Assembly: GCA_050749765.1 (NCBI GenBank)
Contig: JBOGRR010000001.1
Coordinates: 1-53,292, forward strand
Origin: Thermoplasmata archaeon
Lineage (GTDB): Archaea; Thermoplasmatota; Thermoplasmata; Lutacidiplasmatales; UBA184
DNA length: 53,292 bases
Direction: 5' to 3'
Numbering within the stretch: position 1 is the stretch's first letter; each line of letters starts with the position of its first letter. Shown here one piece after another: positions 1-10,061 of the stretch. Made by a program: the position numbers and the translations under genes. Below the pieces are notes generated by a model, which had not been told where the DNA came from, did not search any database, and was given only the letters and a program-made list of their open reading frames with translations.

Positions 1-1301
1 GCCCGCATCCTCGCGACCACGCTCGTCTGCTCGCGACGCTCAAGGCACTCCGCGACCTCGGCAACACGCTCCTCGTGGTCGAACACGACGAGATGACGAT
101 GCGCGAGGCCGACTGGCTCGTCGACCTCGGCCCGGGGGCCGGGGTCCACGGCGGGGAGATCCTCTACGCGGGGACCCCCGCAGAGATCGCCGCAGCCCCC
201 CGATCGCTGACCGGGGATTTCCTCAGCGGTCGACGCTCGATCCCGGTGCCCGCCCGCCGACGCACGCCGGGGGAGCGCTCGATCGTGATCCACGGGCCGC
301 GGGAGAACAACCTCCAAGGGGAGGACGTCGAGGTCCCGCTCGGTCTCTTCGTCGCGCTCTCGGGGGTCTCGGGGAGCGGGAAGTCGACATTGATGCAGGA
401 GATCCTGTACAAGGCGGTGCGGCGGCACCTCGGCCTCGGCCGAGAGGCCCCGGGAAAGCACGACTACATCGAGGGGATCGACCAGATCGATCGGGTCCTG
501 CTCATCGACCAGTCCCCGATCGGTCGCACGCCCCGCAGCAATCCGGCGACCTACACTGGTCTCATGACGCCGATCCGTGAACTCTACGCGAGCCTCCCCG
601 AGGCCAAGGCGCGCGGGTTCGCCCCCGGTCGCTTCAGCTTCAACGTCAAGGGCGGACGCTGCGAGGCATGTGAGGGCGACGGGGTGATCCGCTACGAGAT
701 GCACTTCCTGCCCGATGTCTACGTCGCCTGTGAGGAGTGCAAGGGCCGTCGGTTCAACGCGGAGACCCTCGAGGTCCGGTTCAAGGAGAAGTCGATCGCG
801 GACGTCCTCGCGATGACCGTCGATGACGCGCTCCTCTTCTTCGAGAACCACCGACGCATCGCCTCTCGGCTCCGCCTCCTGAGCGAGGTCGGGCTCGGCT
901 ACGTCCAACTCGGGCAGAGCGCGACGACGCTCTCGGGCGGGGAGGCCCAGCGGATCAAGATCGCCTTTGAGCTCGGCAAGGTGCCGACCGGACGAACCCT
1001 CTACCTCCTCGACGAGCCGACCACGGGCCTACACTTCGCCGACGTCGAGCGGCTGCTCGGGGTCCTGTTCCGGCTGCGCGAGGGGGGAAACACCGTCGTC
1101 GTCATCGAGCACAATCTCGATGTCCTCAAGTCGGCGGACTGGGTGATCGACCTCGGCCCGGAGGGGGGCGCCGCGGGAGGCAAGGTCCTCGCGACCGGGC
1201 CCCCGGAGACGATCGCTCGGTCGCCCGCATCGCACACCGCTCGCTTCCTCGCGCAGCTATTGCCCAAACCGACGGCGCTCCGTCGGCTCGCCGCACGATG
1301 A
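1..1301 (+). CDS. uvrA: excinuclease ABC subunit A, C-terminal part (5' end lies outside the window)
   Basis: Open in frame from nt 3 to TGA at 1299-1301. Second ABC module of UvrA: Walker [10 protein letters not shown], zinc finger CEACEGDG...CEECKG, signature LSGGEAQR, Walker [13 protein letters not shown]. Confidence 0.95.
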   Translation, partial: PHPRDHARLLATLKALRDLGNTLLVVEHDEMTMREADWLVDLGPGAGVHGGEILYAGTPAEIAAAPRSLTGDFLSGRRSIPVPARRRTPGERSIVIHGPRENNLQGEDVEVPLGLFVALSGVSGSGKSTLMQEILYKAVRRHLGLGREAPGKHDYIEGIDQIDRVLLIDQSPIGRTPRSNPATYTGLMTPIRELYASLPEAKARGFAPGRFSFNVKGGRCEACEGDGVIRYEMHFLPDVYVACEECKGRRFNAETLEVRFKEKSIADVLAMTVDDALLFFENHRRIASRLRLLSEVGLGYVQLGQSATTLSGGEAQRIKIAFELGKVPTGRTLYLLDEPTTGLHFADVERLLGVLFRLREGGNTVVVIEHNLDVLKSADWVIDLGPEGGAAGGKVLATGPPETIARSPASHTARFLAQLLPKPTALRRLAAR

Positions 1302-3040
1302 GCGAAGAGGCGCCGCGCCCCGAGCTTCCGAGCTTCGTCCCCGCGAGCCAGCTCGCCGCCGAGTCGGGCGAGGGGTTCCGACGCGGACCGGACTCCGCCG
1401 GGGTCTACTTGTTCAAGTCACCGACCGGTGCGGTCGTCTACGTCGGCAAAGCGCTGAGCCTTCGGCGGCGGGTGCTCGACCATCTGCGCGCGCGCGTCGA
1501 AAAGGACGGCTCGATCCTCGCGCAGAGTGCGAGCGTCGAGTTCGTGCCCACGACCTCCGAGCGCGAGGCGCTCCTGCTCGAGGCGAGCCTGATCAAGCAG
1601 TACCAGCCCCCCCTCAACACTCTCTTGAAGGACGACCGTAGCTACCCGTACCTCGCGCTCACCCTCGGCGAACAGTACCCGCGACTCCTCGTCGTGCGCC
1701 GCCCACGTCGAGGGGCCGGGACGCTGCTCTTCGGTCCGTACACGAGCGCGCGCGACGCGCATGTCGTGGAGAAGCTGCTCGTCGACACGTTTCGACTACG
1801 CCGATGCGTGAAGCTCCCGAAGGAGACGTGCTTGTACTACCACCTCGGCGTCTGCAGCGCCCCGTGCGTCCACCTGATCTCCGATGCCGACTATCGCAAG
1901 AGCGCGGAGAATGCGGGCGAGGTCCTGCGCGGTCACGGCGCCGAGATCCGGCCGACCGTCGAGGCCGAGATGCGCCTGGCCGCCTCGCGCCAGGAGTTCG
2001 AGCGGGCCGGTCAGCTGCGCGACGCCCTCACGGGCTTGCGCGCTCTCCTCGAACACCAGCACGTGATCGGTCGGGGCTCCGGGCGCGTCGACGTCCTCGC
2101 CCTCGCCTACCCCGACGAGCCATCGACGCTGCGCGTCGCTGTCGGCCTGCTTCGGGTCGAGGAGGGGGAGGTCGTGCGCACCGAGCCTCACCTGCTCGCG
2201 ATCCCGGCCGACGATCTCCCGGACCCGGGGGAGGTCCTCCGCCACTTCCTCGCCCAGTACTACGGCACTCAGCTCGATCTCCCCGAGCGGATCTACATCG
2301 AAGGAGCGCGCCCTCAGGGTCTCGACGCGACGCTCGACGAACTGTTCGGCGCCCGCGGCGTAGAGGTCGCGTTCCGGCCGGCCGGCCGCTACGCCTCGCT
2401 CGCCCGCCTCGCCGGTCGCTTCGCGCGCGCGAGCCTCCTGCCGGTCCCGGCAAGAGCCCCGCCGCGCGAGGTCCTCGTCGCGCTACAGAACCTCCTCGCG
2501 CTCCCGACGCTGCCCCGACGGATCGAGGGGATCGACATCTCGATCTTCCAGGGGCACGAGGCGGTCGGATCGCTGGTGGTCTTCGAGGGCGGCCAGCCGA
2601 AACGCTCCGAGTACCGTCGCTTCCGCATCCGCACCGTGGAGGGGACGAACGACTTCGCGATGATCGCGGAGGTCGTCCGCCGCCGCTACCTCCGTCGGCT
2701 GGCGGAGGAGGAGATCCTCCCCGACCTCCTGTTGATCGATGGAGGGCCGGGACAGCTCTCGAGCGCGCTCTCGAGCCTCGCGGCGCTCGGGCTCGCCGAT
2801 CGCTTTCCGACGATCGGACTCGCGAAACGTGAGGAGGAGGTCTACACCGTGGAGTCGCGCGAGCCTCGCAAGCCGAACCCAAACTCCGCCCCGATGCTGC
2901 TCTTGCGCGCGGTCCGCGACGAGGCGCACCGCTTCGCGATCACCTATCACCGCACCCGACGGCGGATGCGCAACCGCGAAGAGATGGACGCGGCGCGTCG
3001 GCCGCCCGCCCGGCGCCCTGCGACCGAGACCGAGGTCTGA
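1298..3040 (+). CDS. uvrC: excinuclease ABC subunit C
   Basis: 580 aa. GIY-YIG motif [25 protein letters not shown] and C-terminal [12 protein letters not shown] region. ATG overlaps the uvrA stop (ATGA at 1298-1301). Confidence 0.93.
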   Translation: MSEEAPRPELPSFVPASQLAAESGEGFRRGPDSAGVYLFKSPTGAVVYVGKALSLRRRVLDHLRARVEKDGSILAQSASVEFVPTTSEREALLLEASLIKQYQPPLNTLLKDDRSYPYLALTLGEQYPRLLVVRRPRRGAGTLLFGPYTSARDAHVVEKLLVDTFRLRRCVKLPKETCLYYHLGVCSAPCVHLISDADYRKSAENAGEVLRGHGAEIRPTVEAEMRLAASRQEFERAGQLRDALTGLRALLEHQHVIGRGSGRVDVLALAYPDEPSTLRVAVGLLRVEEGEVVRTEPHLLAIPADDLPDPGEVLRHFLAQYYGTQLDLPERIYIEGARPQGLDATLDELFGARGVEVAFRPAGRYASLARLAGRFARASLLPVPARAPPREVLVALQNLLALPTLPRRIEGIDISIFQGHEAVGSLVVFEGGQPKRSEYRRFRIRTVEGTNDFAMIAEVVRRRYLRRLAEEEILPDLLLIDGGPGQLSSALSSLAALGLADRFPTIGLAKREEEVYTVESREPRKPNPNSAPMLLLRAVRDEAHRFAITYHRTRRRMRNREEMDAARRPPARRPATETEV

Positions 3041-3157
3041 TCCGCGGCGAACCGGGGCTGCACAACCCCTGGAAGCGGTCAGCGCAGCGGTCGGTCCGAC
3101 GCTGTCGATCCGGCCGCCGCGGGAGATCGGCCCCTCGAGCCGGTCCCGACGGGCGGA

Positions 3158-3679
3158 TCAACCGAGCATGATCCAGGTCATCTCCGGAGGCTCGAGATCC
3201 ACCTGCCAAAGGGTCCCGATCACCTCGCCGAGGTGATGCGCCTCTTCCAACGTCGCCTGCATCACTCCGTCGCTCACCGTGCAATCGCGCGGCATCCATG
3301 GGGCCCGGACCCGATGACGCAGATCCGCCGGAGCAACGGTCCGGGTCCACGCACCGATCTCTCCCCAGACGCGGCGGGAGTAGGCGCGGACCCCGGCCCA
3401 GGTCTTCGGAGAGCGGTAGGGCATCGAACGGATCGACGCGAGCTCGTCGAGCCGATCCCGGACGATGTAGACCAACCACGCTTCCTGGACGTTCAGGACG
3501 TGGCTCAGGGTACGGATCCAGCTCCCGTGGGCGGTGCCTCGGTCTCGCGCTCCCTCGCGGTGGGACCGACGGGCGAGGACTCGCAGATAGCGCTCGAACA
3601 GCCGCTGGTTGTATCGACAGACCGTGCGCACCTGATCCGGGCGGAGCACGATCGAGTTCGACGCCCGGGTCCCGCGCAT
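3158..3679 (-). CDS. DinB-family (four-helix bundle, metal-binding) protein
   Basis: 173 aa. Spaced His pattern typical of DinB/COG2318 (GSWIRTLSHVLNV..., EEAHHLGEVIGTLWQ). Lies 37 nt downstream of psmA on the same strand. Confidence 0.55.
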   Translation of the reverse strand: MRGTRASNSIVLRPDQVRTVCRYNQRLFERYLRVLARRSHREGARDRGTAHGSWIRTLSHVLNVQEAWLVYIVRDRLDELASIRSMPYRSPKTWAGVRAYSRRVWGEIGAWTRTVAPADLRHRVRAPWMPRDCTVSDGVMQATLEEAHHLGEVIGTLWQVDLEPPEMTWIMLG

Positions 3680-3716
3680 CGGTGCTCACGCCCTCCGAGA
3701 TCGAGAGCTCGCCCGT

Positions 3717-4475
3717 CTACTTCCCGTTCGCTTTGCGATCGGGGGTGCCGATGAAGGGTAGCCCGTTGACGCGCCGAGCGACCTCGGCGGGGGGGAGCCG
3801 GCGCAGCTCCGTCTCCGGCTCGAGGATCGCGATGTCCAGCGCCTCGGGCGGGAACGGGGTCGGCGAGCCTTCGGCGACCGATTGGACGGCGAGCTGGAAC
3901 GCCTGTTCCTCGTTGCGCGGCTCGGAGATCTTCTCTTCGAGGTAGTCGGCAACGGCGCGCCGGTTCCGACCGATCGCGTAGGCCTTCCAGCCGATCGTGG
4001 CCCCGCTCGGGTCGAGCTCGATGAGGCCCGGGACCCCGTTCGTGAACCCGCCGAGGAGCAGCGACACGGCGAACGGACGTGTTCCGCCGAACTGGGTGAA
4101 CTGTTGGAGGAGCGTGCCGAGGCCGTTCCCGAGGAGCGAGTACGGCGCGATCTCCCCGTACATGATGCGGTGGCGCTGAGCCTCGACGCGCAGGTGCTCG
4201 ACGAGGACGCGGGAGTCCGCGATGAGACCGGCCGTCACGCACCCGAGCCCCGAGTCGATCGCAAAGCTCTTCTCGATCGAGCCTGCCTCGGCGAGGGTCG
4301 TCACGGGCAGGTTGCGGAACGCGACGAAGACGATCCCGCCGGTGTAGGTGACCGCCACCGCGGTCCCGCCCATCTGGATCGCTTGAAGCGCGTACTCGAC
4401 CTGGAAGAGGCGCCCGTCGGGGGAAAAGACGGTGCTCGCCCGATCGTACGCCATCTGGCCCGGTTGCATCTCCAT
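3717..4475 (-). CDS. psmA: proteasome subunit alpha
   Basis: 252 aa. N-terminal signature YDRASTVFSPDGRLFQVEYA and full-length alpha-subunit pattern. GGAGTGA Shine-Dalgarno-like element a few nt upstream. Confidence 0.95.
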   Translation of the reverse strand: MEMQPGQMAYDRASTVFSPDGRLFQVEYALQAIQMGGTAVAVTYTGGIVFVAFRNLPVTTLAEAGSIEKSFAIDSGLGCVTAGLIADSRVLVEHLRVEAQRHRIMYGEIAPYSLLGNGLGTLLQQFTQFGGTRPFAVSLLLGGFTNGVPGLIELDPSGATIGWKAYAIGRNRRAVADYLEEKISEPRNEEQAFQLAVQSVAEGSPTPFPPEALDIAILEPETELRRLPPAEVARRVNGLPFIGTPDRKANGK

Positions 4476-4642
4476 CGAGGTTCACTCCCGAGAATCGACC
4501 CGAGGGAGTCCGGTGGGGGATTTGAGGCTACTGTGAGCCGTGAACCGAACGCCACCTCGTTGCGCCGGGCCCCGGGACGGCGGTTCCTCCGTCCTTCCGC
4601 GAGGGCGCAACCCTTTACCCCCGACCGCGCTCGGCGGCCGCG

Positions 4643-5770
4643 ATGGAGGCGGAACCGATCGTCCTACTGCCGATGGCGTCGAGCCATCGCGGTGATCTGA
4701 GCCCGGCGTGCGTCCAGTGCGCGGAGGGCCGCAAGATGGTGCTCTTCGTGAGCGGGCTCTGCCGATTCCGTTGCTTTTACTGCCCGGTCTCGCCGACGCG
4801 GAACCAGAAGGACCTCACCTTCGCGAACGAGCGCCCGGTGCGCTGCGACGCGGACGTGCTCGACGAAGCGCGTTCGATCGGGGCGAGCGGAACCGGGATC
4901 ACGGGGGGAGACCCGCTCGGGTTCATCGATCGCGTCGAGCACTACGTGCGTCTGCTCAAATCCGAGTTCGGCCCCGAGCACAACATCCACCTCTACACGC
5001 ACGAGCCGAACGCGGAGAAGCTCGAGCGCCTCGCGCGCGCGGGACTCGACGAGTTCCGGCTGCACATCCCCCACTACCTCTGGGGGAACCTCGAGGGGGC
5101 CGGGGCCGCCTACCGCCACGTCCTTGAAGCGGCACCGGCGTGGGGGATCCGACGCGGGGTCGAGATCCCGGTGCTTCCCGAGAAGGAGACCGAGCTCGTT
5201 CGGCTGTTGCGGGCCCTGGATCGGATCGGCGTCGATTTCGTGAACCTCAACGAGCTCGAATTCTCCGAGACGAACGAGGACCAGTTGCATGAACGCGGGT
5301 ATCGGCTAGATCCGCGCAACGGCTGGGGGGTCCACGGAAGCCGGGCCGTGGCCCAGCGGGTCGTGCGTACGGCGGGCCTGAGGATACCGGTGCACTACTG
5401 CTCCTCCCGATTCAAAGACTCCGTTCAGCTCCGGCAGCGCCTTCGCCGCCGCGCCGAGCGGACGGCGCCGCCGTTCGCCCAGCAGACGGAGGACGGGACG
5501 ATCGTCTTCGGGGTCGTCGAGGCCCACGGACGCACGAACCTTCAGCGCCTCGCGGCCAAGCTCGCCGCCCTGGCCGAGCTCGAACCGGAAGCCTACCGCC
5601 TCAATTTCGAGCGTCGGCGCGTCGAGCTCGGGGCCCGTGCGCTGCGCCGGGTCGCGCCTCGGGTCGAGTCGCCGGCGTTCTGCGTCGAGGAGTACCCCAC
5701 CGCGGACGCCCTCGAGGTCGAACGCGAGCCGCTCAATCGGGCCGCGTTCCCCGGCTTCGGTGGGACGTAA
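4643..5770 (+). CDS. radical SAM protein (archaeal PFL-activase-related family, function unknown)
   Basis: 375 aa. CxxxCxxC cluster motif CRFRCFYC near the N-terminus, then GITGGDP and NLNELEFSE. The start could instead be the internal MVLFVSG. Confidence 0.75.
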   Translation: MEAEPIVLLPMASSHRGDLSPACVQCAEGRKMVLFVSGLCRFRCFYCPVSPTRNQKDLTFANERPVRCDADVLDEARSIGASGTGITGGDPLGFIDRVEHYVRLLKSEFGPEHNIHLYTHEPNAEKLERLARAGLDEFRLHIPHYLWGNLEGAGAAYRHVLEAAPAWGIRRGVEIPVLPEKETELVRLLRALDRIGVDFVNLNELEFSETNEDQLHERGYRLDPRNGWGVHGSRAVAQRVVRTAGLRIPVHYCSSRFKDSVQLRQRLRRRAERTAPPFAQQTEDGTIVFGVVEAHGRTNLQRLAAKLAALAELEPEAYRLNFERRRVELGARALRRVAPRVESPAFCVEEYPTADALEVEREPLNRAAFPGFGGT

Positions 5771-5934
5771 CCCTCGTCACACTCGTGGCCGCCCCACGTG
5801 AGGTAGCGAGAGTCCCCGCGCCGATGCTTGATCGAACACGGTCCCCATCCCTCGTCCTCCGCGCCGTACCACATCGGGCACTCGAGGCACCACAGACGAT
5901 GCGGCGTCGGGTCGGGCGCGGACGGTGCGGTCAT
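5593..5934 (-). CDS. hypothetical small Cys-rich protein (CxxC...C...C), possibly metal or Fe-S binding
   Basis: ATG at 5934 overlaps the folD stop (ATGA, 5931-5934). The first ~55 codons fill the otherwise empty 5771-5930 gap and encode WCLECPMWYGAEDEGWGPCSIKH..LTWGGHECDEGY. The Ser/Arg-rich tail is antisense to the 3' end of the radical SAM gene. Confidence 0.35.
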   Translation of the reverse strand: MTAPSAPDPTPHRLWCLECPMWYGAEDEGWGPCSIKHRRGDSRYLTWGGHECDEGYVPPKPGNAARLSGSRSTSRASAVGYSSTQNAGDSTRGATRRSARAPSSTRRRSKLRR

Positions 5935-6815
5935 GGGATCCGTTCGAGCCGCCCCCAGGCGGCGACGACCGAGTGCATGAGCTCCGCGACCGTGACCGGC
6001 CCTACACCGCCCGGAACCGGGGTGAGCGCGCCGGCCCAACCCTCGAGCGTGGGTGCGGCGTCCCCGACCGAGCGCATACTGCCCGGGCGAGCGGGGTCCG
6101 GCCCGGTCGAAAGCCCCACGTCGATCACCGTCGCGCCCTCTGGAACGTTCGAGCGATCGAGAAGTCCGGCGCGTCCGACGCACGAGTAGATCGTCCGCGC
6201 GCTCTGGAGCGCACGACGCAGATCGGATGACTTTGAGTGCGCGACCGTCACGGTGGCGTCGACCCCGCGCTCGAGCAGCAGCAGGGCGAGCGGAAGGCCC
6301 ACGGTCTCGCTCCGCCCGAGCACGAGGGCCGGTTCGCCCGGGGCGAGCACTCCGTAGTGTCGTGCGATACGAACGGCCGCCCGAGCGACCGCGGGAACGT
6401 GGAGGGCGCGGTGGGTCGCCAATCTCCCGAGGCTGTGCGCGGAGACGCCATCGACATCCTTCTCCAACGGAAGTTGGTCGACCGCCGCCGGAAAGCTGAA
6501 CTCCGCGGGGAGCGGGTGCTCGACGAGGACCGCGTGCACGCCCGGGTCGGCGGCGAGCTGTCGCACGCGTTCGGCGAGCTCCTTCGCAGTGTCGTTCGGA
6601 GCGAGCGACTCATCCCGGAATTGGACCCCGAGGGATTCGGCGATCTTCGCTTGGCGCCGACGGTACACCTCGAATGGACCGTCGACCGGGCGGTGGACGC
6701 TCGCCAGGACCGGGCGTCGAGCGGCGTTCGGTGCCGCTTCGATGCGTTGGCGGGTCTCCGCGTGGAGCAGTTCGGCGATCGGGCGGCCGTCGAGCCGGCG
6801 CGTGGGCGTGACCAT
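5931..6815 (-). CDS. folD: bifunctional methylenetetrahydrofolate dehydrogenase / methenyltetrahydrofolate cyclohydrolase
   Basis: 294 aa. Motifs VLVEHPLP, GRSETVGLPLALLL, VTVAHSKS and PVPGGVGPVTVAELM. Confidence 0.9.
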   Translation of the reverse strand: MVTPTRRLDGRPIAELLHAETRQRIEAAPNAARRPVLASVHRPVDGPFEVYRRRQAKIAESLGVQFRDESLAPNDTAKELAERVRQLAADPGVHAVLVEHPLPAEFSFPAAVDQLPLEKDVDGVSAHSLGRLATHRALHVPAVARAAVRIARHYGVLAPGEPALVLGRSETVGLPLALLLLERGVDATVTVAHSKSSDLRRALQSARTIYSCVGRAGLLDRSNVPEGATVIDVGLSTGPDPARPGSMRSVGDAAPTLEGWAGALTPVPGGVGPVTVAELMHSVVAAWGRLERIP

Positions 6816-6994
6816 CGACCGGCGTGAGAGCCGGGCGCCTTAGATAACGGAGCCTCGCGCGGAGTCGCGCCGCAGGCTCGCCGGGAGACCCTCGTAACGC
6901 GGTAAGCCATTTATAGCGCGCCACACTTGATTTCTGACGGAAGAGCTGCGGATCGTTCCGCGGCACTCCCCCAGGGGGATTTACGGGAACACCG

Positions 6995-9007
6995 GTGACG
7001 GAGAGTGGAGGGGATGAACCCTCTACCCCGACCCCCAGCGATCTCGACGAGTGGGGTCGCAAGCTCCCGTTCGCCAATACCTCTCAAGTCGAGATCCCTT
7101 CGCGGCTCCTCGACCAGGTCATCGGGCAGGACGATGCGGTCGAGGTCGCCAAGAAGGCCGCAACGCAACGCCGCCATATGATCCTCATCGGCGAGCCCGG
7201 CACCGGCAAGAGCATGATCGCCCGGGCCATGGTCGACTGCCTCCCGAAGGAGCAACTCCAGGACATCCTCGCCTACCCGAACGCCGAAGACCCGAACGAA
7301 CCGAAGATCCGAGTCGTCCCAGCGGGAAAAGGCAAGGAGATCGTCGCCGCGCAGAAGCTCGAGGCGGCGCAGAAGAAGGAGCAGCGCACGATCCTCCTCG
7401 TCCTCGTCTCGATCGTGATCCTCGGGGCGTGCTTCTACTACGCCTACCTCTACCACGACATCACGGCGATCCTTCTCGGCTTCATCATCGTGGTCGTCCT
7501 CTACTTCATGCTCCGCTTCTCGGGGAGCCGCTCCGACCCGAACAGTACGGTCGCGAAACTCCTCGTCGCGCACACCCCGGAGGAGAAGCCGCCGTTCATC
7601 GACGCGACCGGTGCCCACGCGGGCGCGCTGCTCGGGGATGTCAAGCACGACCCGTTCCAATCCGGCGGACTCGAGACACCCCCCCATGAGCGCGTCGAGA
7701 TCGGCGCGATCCACAAGGCGAACGGCGGCGTGCTCTTCGTCGACGAGATCAACCTGCTCAAGATCGAGAGCCAGCACTCGCTGCTCACGGCGCTGCAGGA
7801 GCGCAAGTTCCCGATCGTCGGCCAGTCGGAGCGCTCGGCGGGCGCCATGGTCAAGACGGAAGCGGTGCCGGCCGACTTCGTCCTCGTGGCCGCCGGGAAC
7901 ATCGACTCGATCCAGTCGATGCACCCTGCGCTGCGCTCGCGGATCCGCGGCTATGGCTACGAGCTCTACGTCAAAGCGACGATGGCCGATACCTACGAGA
8001 ACCGGATGAAGCTCGTTCGGTTCGTCGCGCAAGAAGTCACCAAGGACAAGAAGATCTCCCACTTCGACATGGCCGCGGTCACGGAAGTGATCCGGGAGGC
8101 GCAGCGGCGCGCCGGCCGCTCCGGGCAGCTGACCCTGAGATTGCGCGAGCTCGGGGGCCTCATCCGCGTCGCGGGCGATATCGCGATCTCCGAGGGGAGC
8201 GCGAGCGTCCGAGCGGAGCACGTCGTCAAAGCGAAGCGTGCGAGCCGATCGCTCGAGCAGCAGATCGCCGACCGCTACATCGAGCGCCGCAAGGAGTATC
8301 GGATGTTCTCCGTCGAAGGGGCGACCGTCGGGGTCGTCAATGGTCTCGCGGCGATCAACGCTCAAAGCGGGATGTCCGAGTTCTCGGGGATCGTGCTCCC
8401 GATCGCCGCGGAAGTGACCCCCGCCCAGACGCGAGACGGTGGCGTCGTCGTCGCGACCGGTAAGCTCGGAGAGATCGCCCGAGAGGCGGTGCAGAACGTG
8501 AACGCCCTCATCAAGAAGTACACAGGCGCGGACATCTCGCGCTACGATATTCACATCCAGTTCGTCGGGGCATCGGACGGAGTCGAGGGGGACTCTGCGA
8601 GCGTGTCGATCGCGACGGCCGTCATCAGCGCCCTCGAGGGCGTGCCGGTCGACCAGTCGGTCGCCATGACGGGTTCGTTGAGCGTGCGCGGCACGGTCCT
8701 TCCCGTCGGCGGCGTCACGGCGAAGGTCGAGGCCGCCGCAGATTCTGGGATCAAGCGAGTGCTCATCCCCGAGGACAACCTCGACGACATGGTGCTCGAG
8801 TCGCGCTATCAGGGCCAGATCGAGGTCATTCCCGTGCGGACCCTGCGGGATGTGCTGAAGTACGCCCTCGTCGGGCAGGGGACTCAGAAGGAGAGCCTAT
8901 TGGAACGCCTCAGCGCGATGGTCCACGCAACGGCCCGCATGAGCACCACCGAGTCGACCCCAGCTCCCGGAACTCCGCCGCCGCCCGCGCGCCCGACGGG
9001 GTCATGA
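6995..9007 (+). CDS. lonB: archaeal membrane-anchored ATP-dependent Lon protease (LonB type)
   Basis: 670 aa, GTG start. Walker [10 protein letters not shown], two hydrophobic helices inserted in the AAA module ([17 protein letters not shown].., [15 protein letters not shown]), Walker B VLFVDEI, protease Ser/Lys region GDSASVSIA / [10 protein letters not shown]. Confidence 0.92.
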   Translation: MTESGGDEPSTPTPSDLDEWGRKLPFANTSQVEIPSRLLDQVIGQDDAVEVAKKAATQRRHMILIGEPGTGKSMIARAMVDCLPKEQLQDILAYPNAEDPNEPKIRVVPAGKGKEIVAAQKLEAAQKKEQRTILLVLVSIVILGACFYYAYLYHDITAILLGFIIVVVLYFMLRFSGSRSDPNSTVAKLLVAHTPEEKPPFIDATGAHAGALLGDVKHDPFQSGGLETPPHERVEIGAIHKANGGVLFVDEINLLKIESQHSLLTALQERKFPIVGQSERSAGAMVKTEAVPADFVLVAAGNIDSIQSMHPALRSRIRGYGYELYVKATMADTYENRMKLVRFVAQEVTKDKKISHFDMAAVTEVIREAQRRAGRSGQLTLRLRELGGLIRVAGDIAISEGSASVRAEHVVKAKRASRSLEQQIADRYIERRKEYRMFSVEGATVGVVNGLAAINAQSGMSEFSGIVLPIAAEVTPAQTRDGGVVVATGKLGEIAREAVQNVNALIKKYTGADISRYDIHIQFVGASDGVEGDSASVSIATAVISALEGVPVDQSVAMTGSLSVRGTVLPVGGVTAKVEAAADSGIKRVLIPEDNLDDMVLESRYQGQIEVIPVRTLRDVLKYALVGQGTQKESLLERLSAMVHATARMSTTESTPAPGTPPPPARPTGS

Positions 9008-9255
9008 AAGGTACGTTCCAGCCGCCGGCCCACCGCCCCATCTCCGCCGCGCGAGCGGCCGTTCCGCTCCTCGAGCCGTTCGGGGAGGAGCCCGACGAGG
9101 ACCCGTTCGTCAATCGTCCGTGCTACGAGTTCAACGGGCGCCTCACGACGAGCTCGAACGACCGCCGCTGCGTGCACTGCCGACACTACCTGACCCCGCG
9201 GTGCCCGGAGATCGACGAGTTCCTCGACGACGTCGACGAGCTCGGCCCGGAATGA
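9004..9255 (+). CDS. hypothetical small Cys4 protein with acidic C-terminus
   Basis: 83 codons. ATGA overlaps at both ends (lon stop at 9004-9007, nadM start at 9252-9255). Four Cys arranged C-x15-C-x2-C-x7-C. No family recognised. Confidence 0.4.
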   Translation: MKGTFQPPAHRPISAARAAVPLLEPFGEEPDEDPFVNRPCYEFNGRLTTSSNDRRCVHCRHYLTPRCPEIDEFLDDVDELGPE

Positions 9256-9809
9256 ACGCACACCCGACCTACGGCCTGTTCGTGGGCCGCTTCCAGCCGT
9301 TCCACCGGGGCCACCTCGACGTGCTGCGCGCCCTGCGGCGCCAGCGACCGAACGAGCAGATCCTGGTCGGGATCGGAAGCGCCCAGGAATCCTACACGTG
9401 GGAGAACCCATTCACGGCCGGCGAGCGGTTCGAGATGATCGCCCACGCGCTCTCGGAGGCCCACCTCGACGGGGTCGCGCCGGTGCCGATCGCCGACATC
9501 CACCGGCACGCGTTGTGGGTCGCCTATCTCGAGTCGATCCTGCCACGGTTCGGACCGGTCTACACGAATAACCCGCTCACGCGGTCCCTGTTCGAGGACA
9601 GCGGACACCGGGTGGAGTCCCCGCCGCTCGTCGATCGCGAGCGCCTGGTCGGACGCGGGATCCGTGCCGCGCTGGCGCGGGGGGAATCGGTCGCCGATCG
9701 GGTCCCTCCTGCGGTCGGGGCGTGGCTCGAGGCCCACCATGCGAGCGCGCGCTTGAGAATGCTCCGTTCCACCGAGATGGAAGAGGACCCCGAGGCTCCC
9801 GGCGGATGA
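9252..9809 (+). CDS. nadM: nicotinamide-nucleotide adenylyltransferase (archaeal NadM type)
   Basis: Trimmed from ORF 9120..9809 to the ATG at 9252. Nucleotidyltransferase motif GLFVGRFQPFHRGHL and length typical of archaeal NMNAT. Confidence 0.85.
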   Translation: MNAHPTYGLFVGRFQPFHRGHLDVLRALRRQRPNEQILVGIGSAQESYTWENPFTAGERFEMIAHALSEAHLDGVAPVPIADIHRHALWVAYLESILPRFGPVYTNNPLTRSLFEDSGHRVESPPLVDRERLVGRGIRAALARGESVADRVPPAVGAWLEAHHASARLRMLRSTEMEEDPEAPGG

Positions 9810-9866
9810 TGAGCGCGCGTTCGGCCGCCAGCATTATAGGCCCCGCCCATTCGTCGGGCCGGCGAC

Positions 9867-9939
9867 GCCACTGTAGCTCAGTTGGCAGAGCGGCTGATTC
9901 GTAATCAGCAGGTCGGGGGTTCAAGTCCCTCCAGTGGCT
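9867..9939 (+). tRNA. tRNA-Thr (anticodon CGU)
   Basis: Hand-folded 73-nt cloverleaf: acceptor GCCACTG/CAGTGGC, D arm GCTC-AGTTGGCA-GAGC, anticodon arm GCTGA-TTCGTAA-TCAGC, T arm GGGGG-TTCAAGT-CCCTC. CCA is not encoded. ATTATAG box about 30 nt upstream. Confidence 0.9.
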
Positions 9940-10061
9940 CGCCAACGTCCCCACCGAATGCTTTACATGGCGGGAGCCACCGTTGCGCGTCCGTGTCGAG
10001 CGAGGCCCCCGCCCCCGAGGCACGAGCGCGAAAGCGCGGGTGGCCGAAGTCTCCTCCACTG

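Noticed and set aside
1804-2882. 342-aa (+) and 284-aa (-) ORFs inside uvrC, and similar ones inside the ABC permease (21007..22212), pstA/pstC (25353..26084), and the phosphatase gene and the spacer upstream of it (22596..23477, 22921..23727)
   Set aside because: They are Arg/Pro/Gly/Ser-rich off-frame or antisense ORFs overlapping genes with strong family signatures. No independent support.
6911-8554. 547-aa minus-strand ORF covering most of lonB
   Set aside because: It is antisense to a gene with unambiguous Lon motifs. Its composition is dominated by Arg/Asp/Leu/Gly/Pro with no motifs. This is a typical long shadow ORF of a very GC-rich genome.
9750-9809. NadM ending in ...EAPGG as a possible ubiquitin-like (SAMP) diglycine tail
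   Set aside because: The protein is a normal NMNAT fold with a short extension and has no beta-grasp domain. The terminal GG is most likely coincidental in a Gly-rich proteome.
9805-9866. C/D-box sRNA suggested by GATGATGA at the nadM stop
   Set aside because: No matching D box (CTGA) or C'/D' boxes occur at appropriate spacing before tRNA-Thr. The motif is explained by the stop-codon context.
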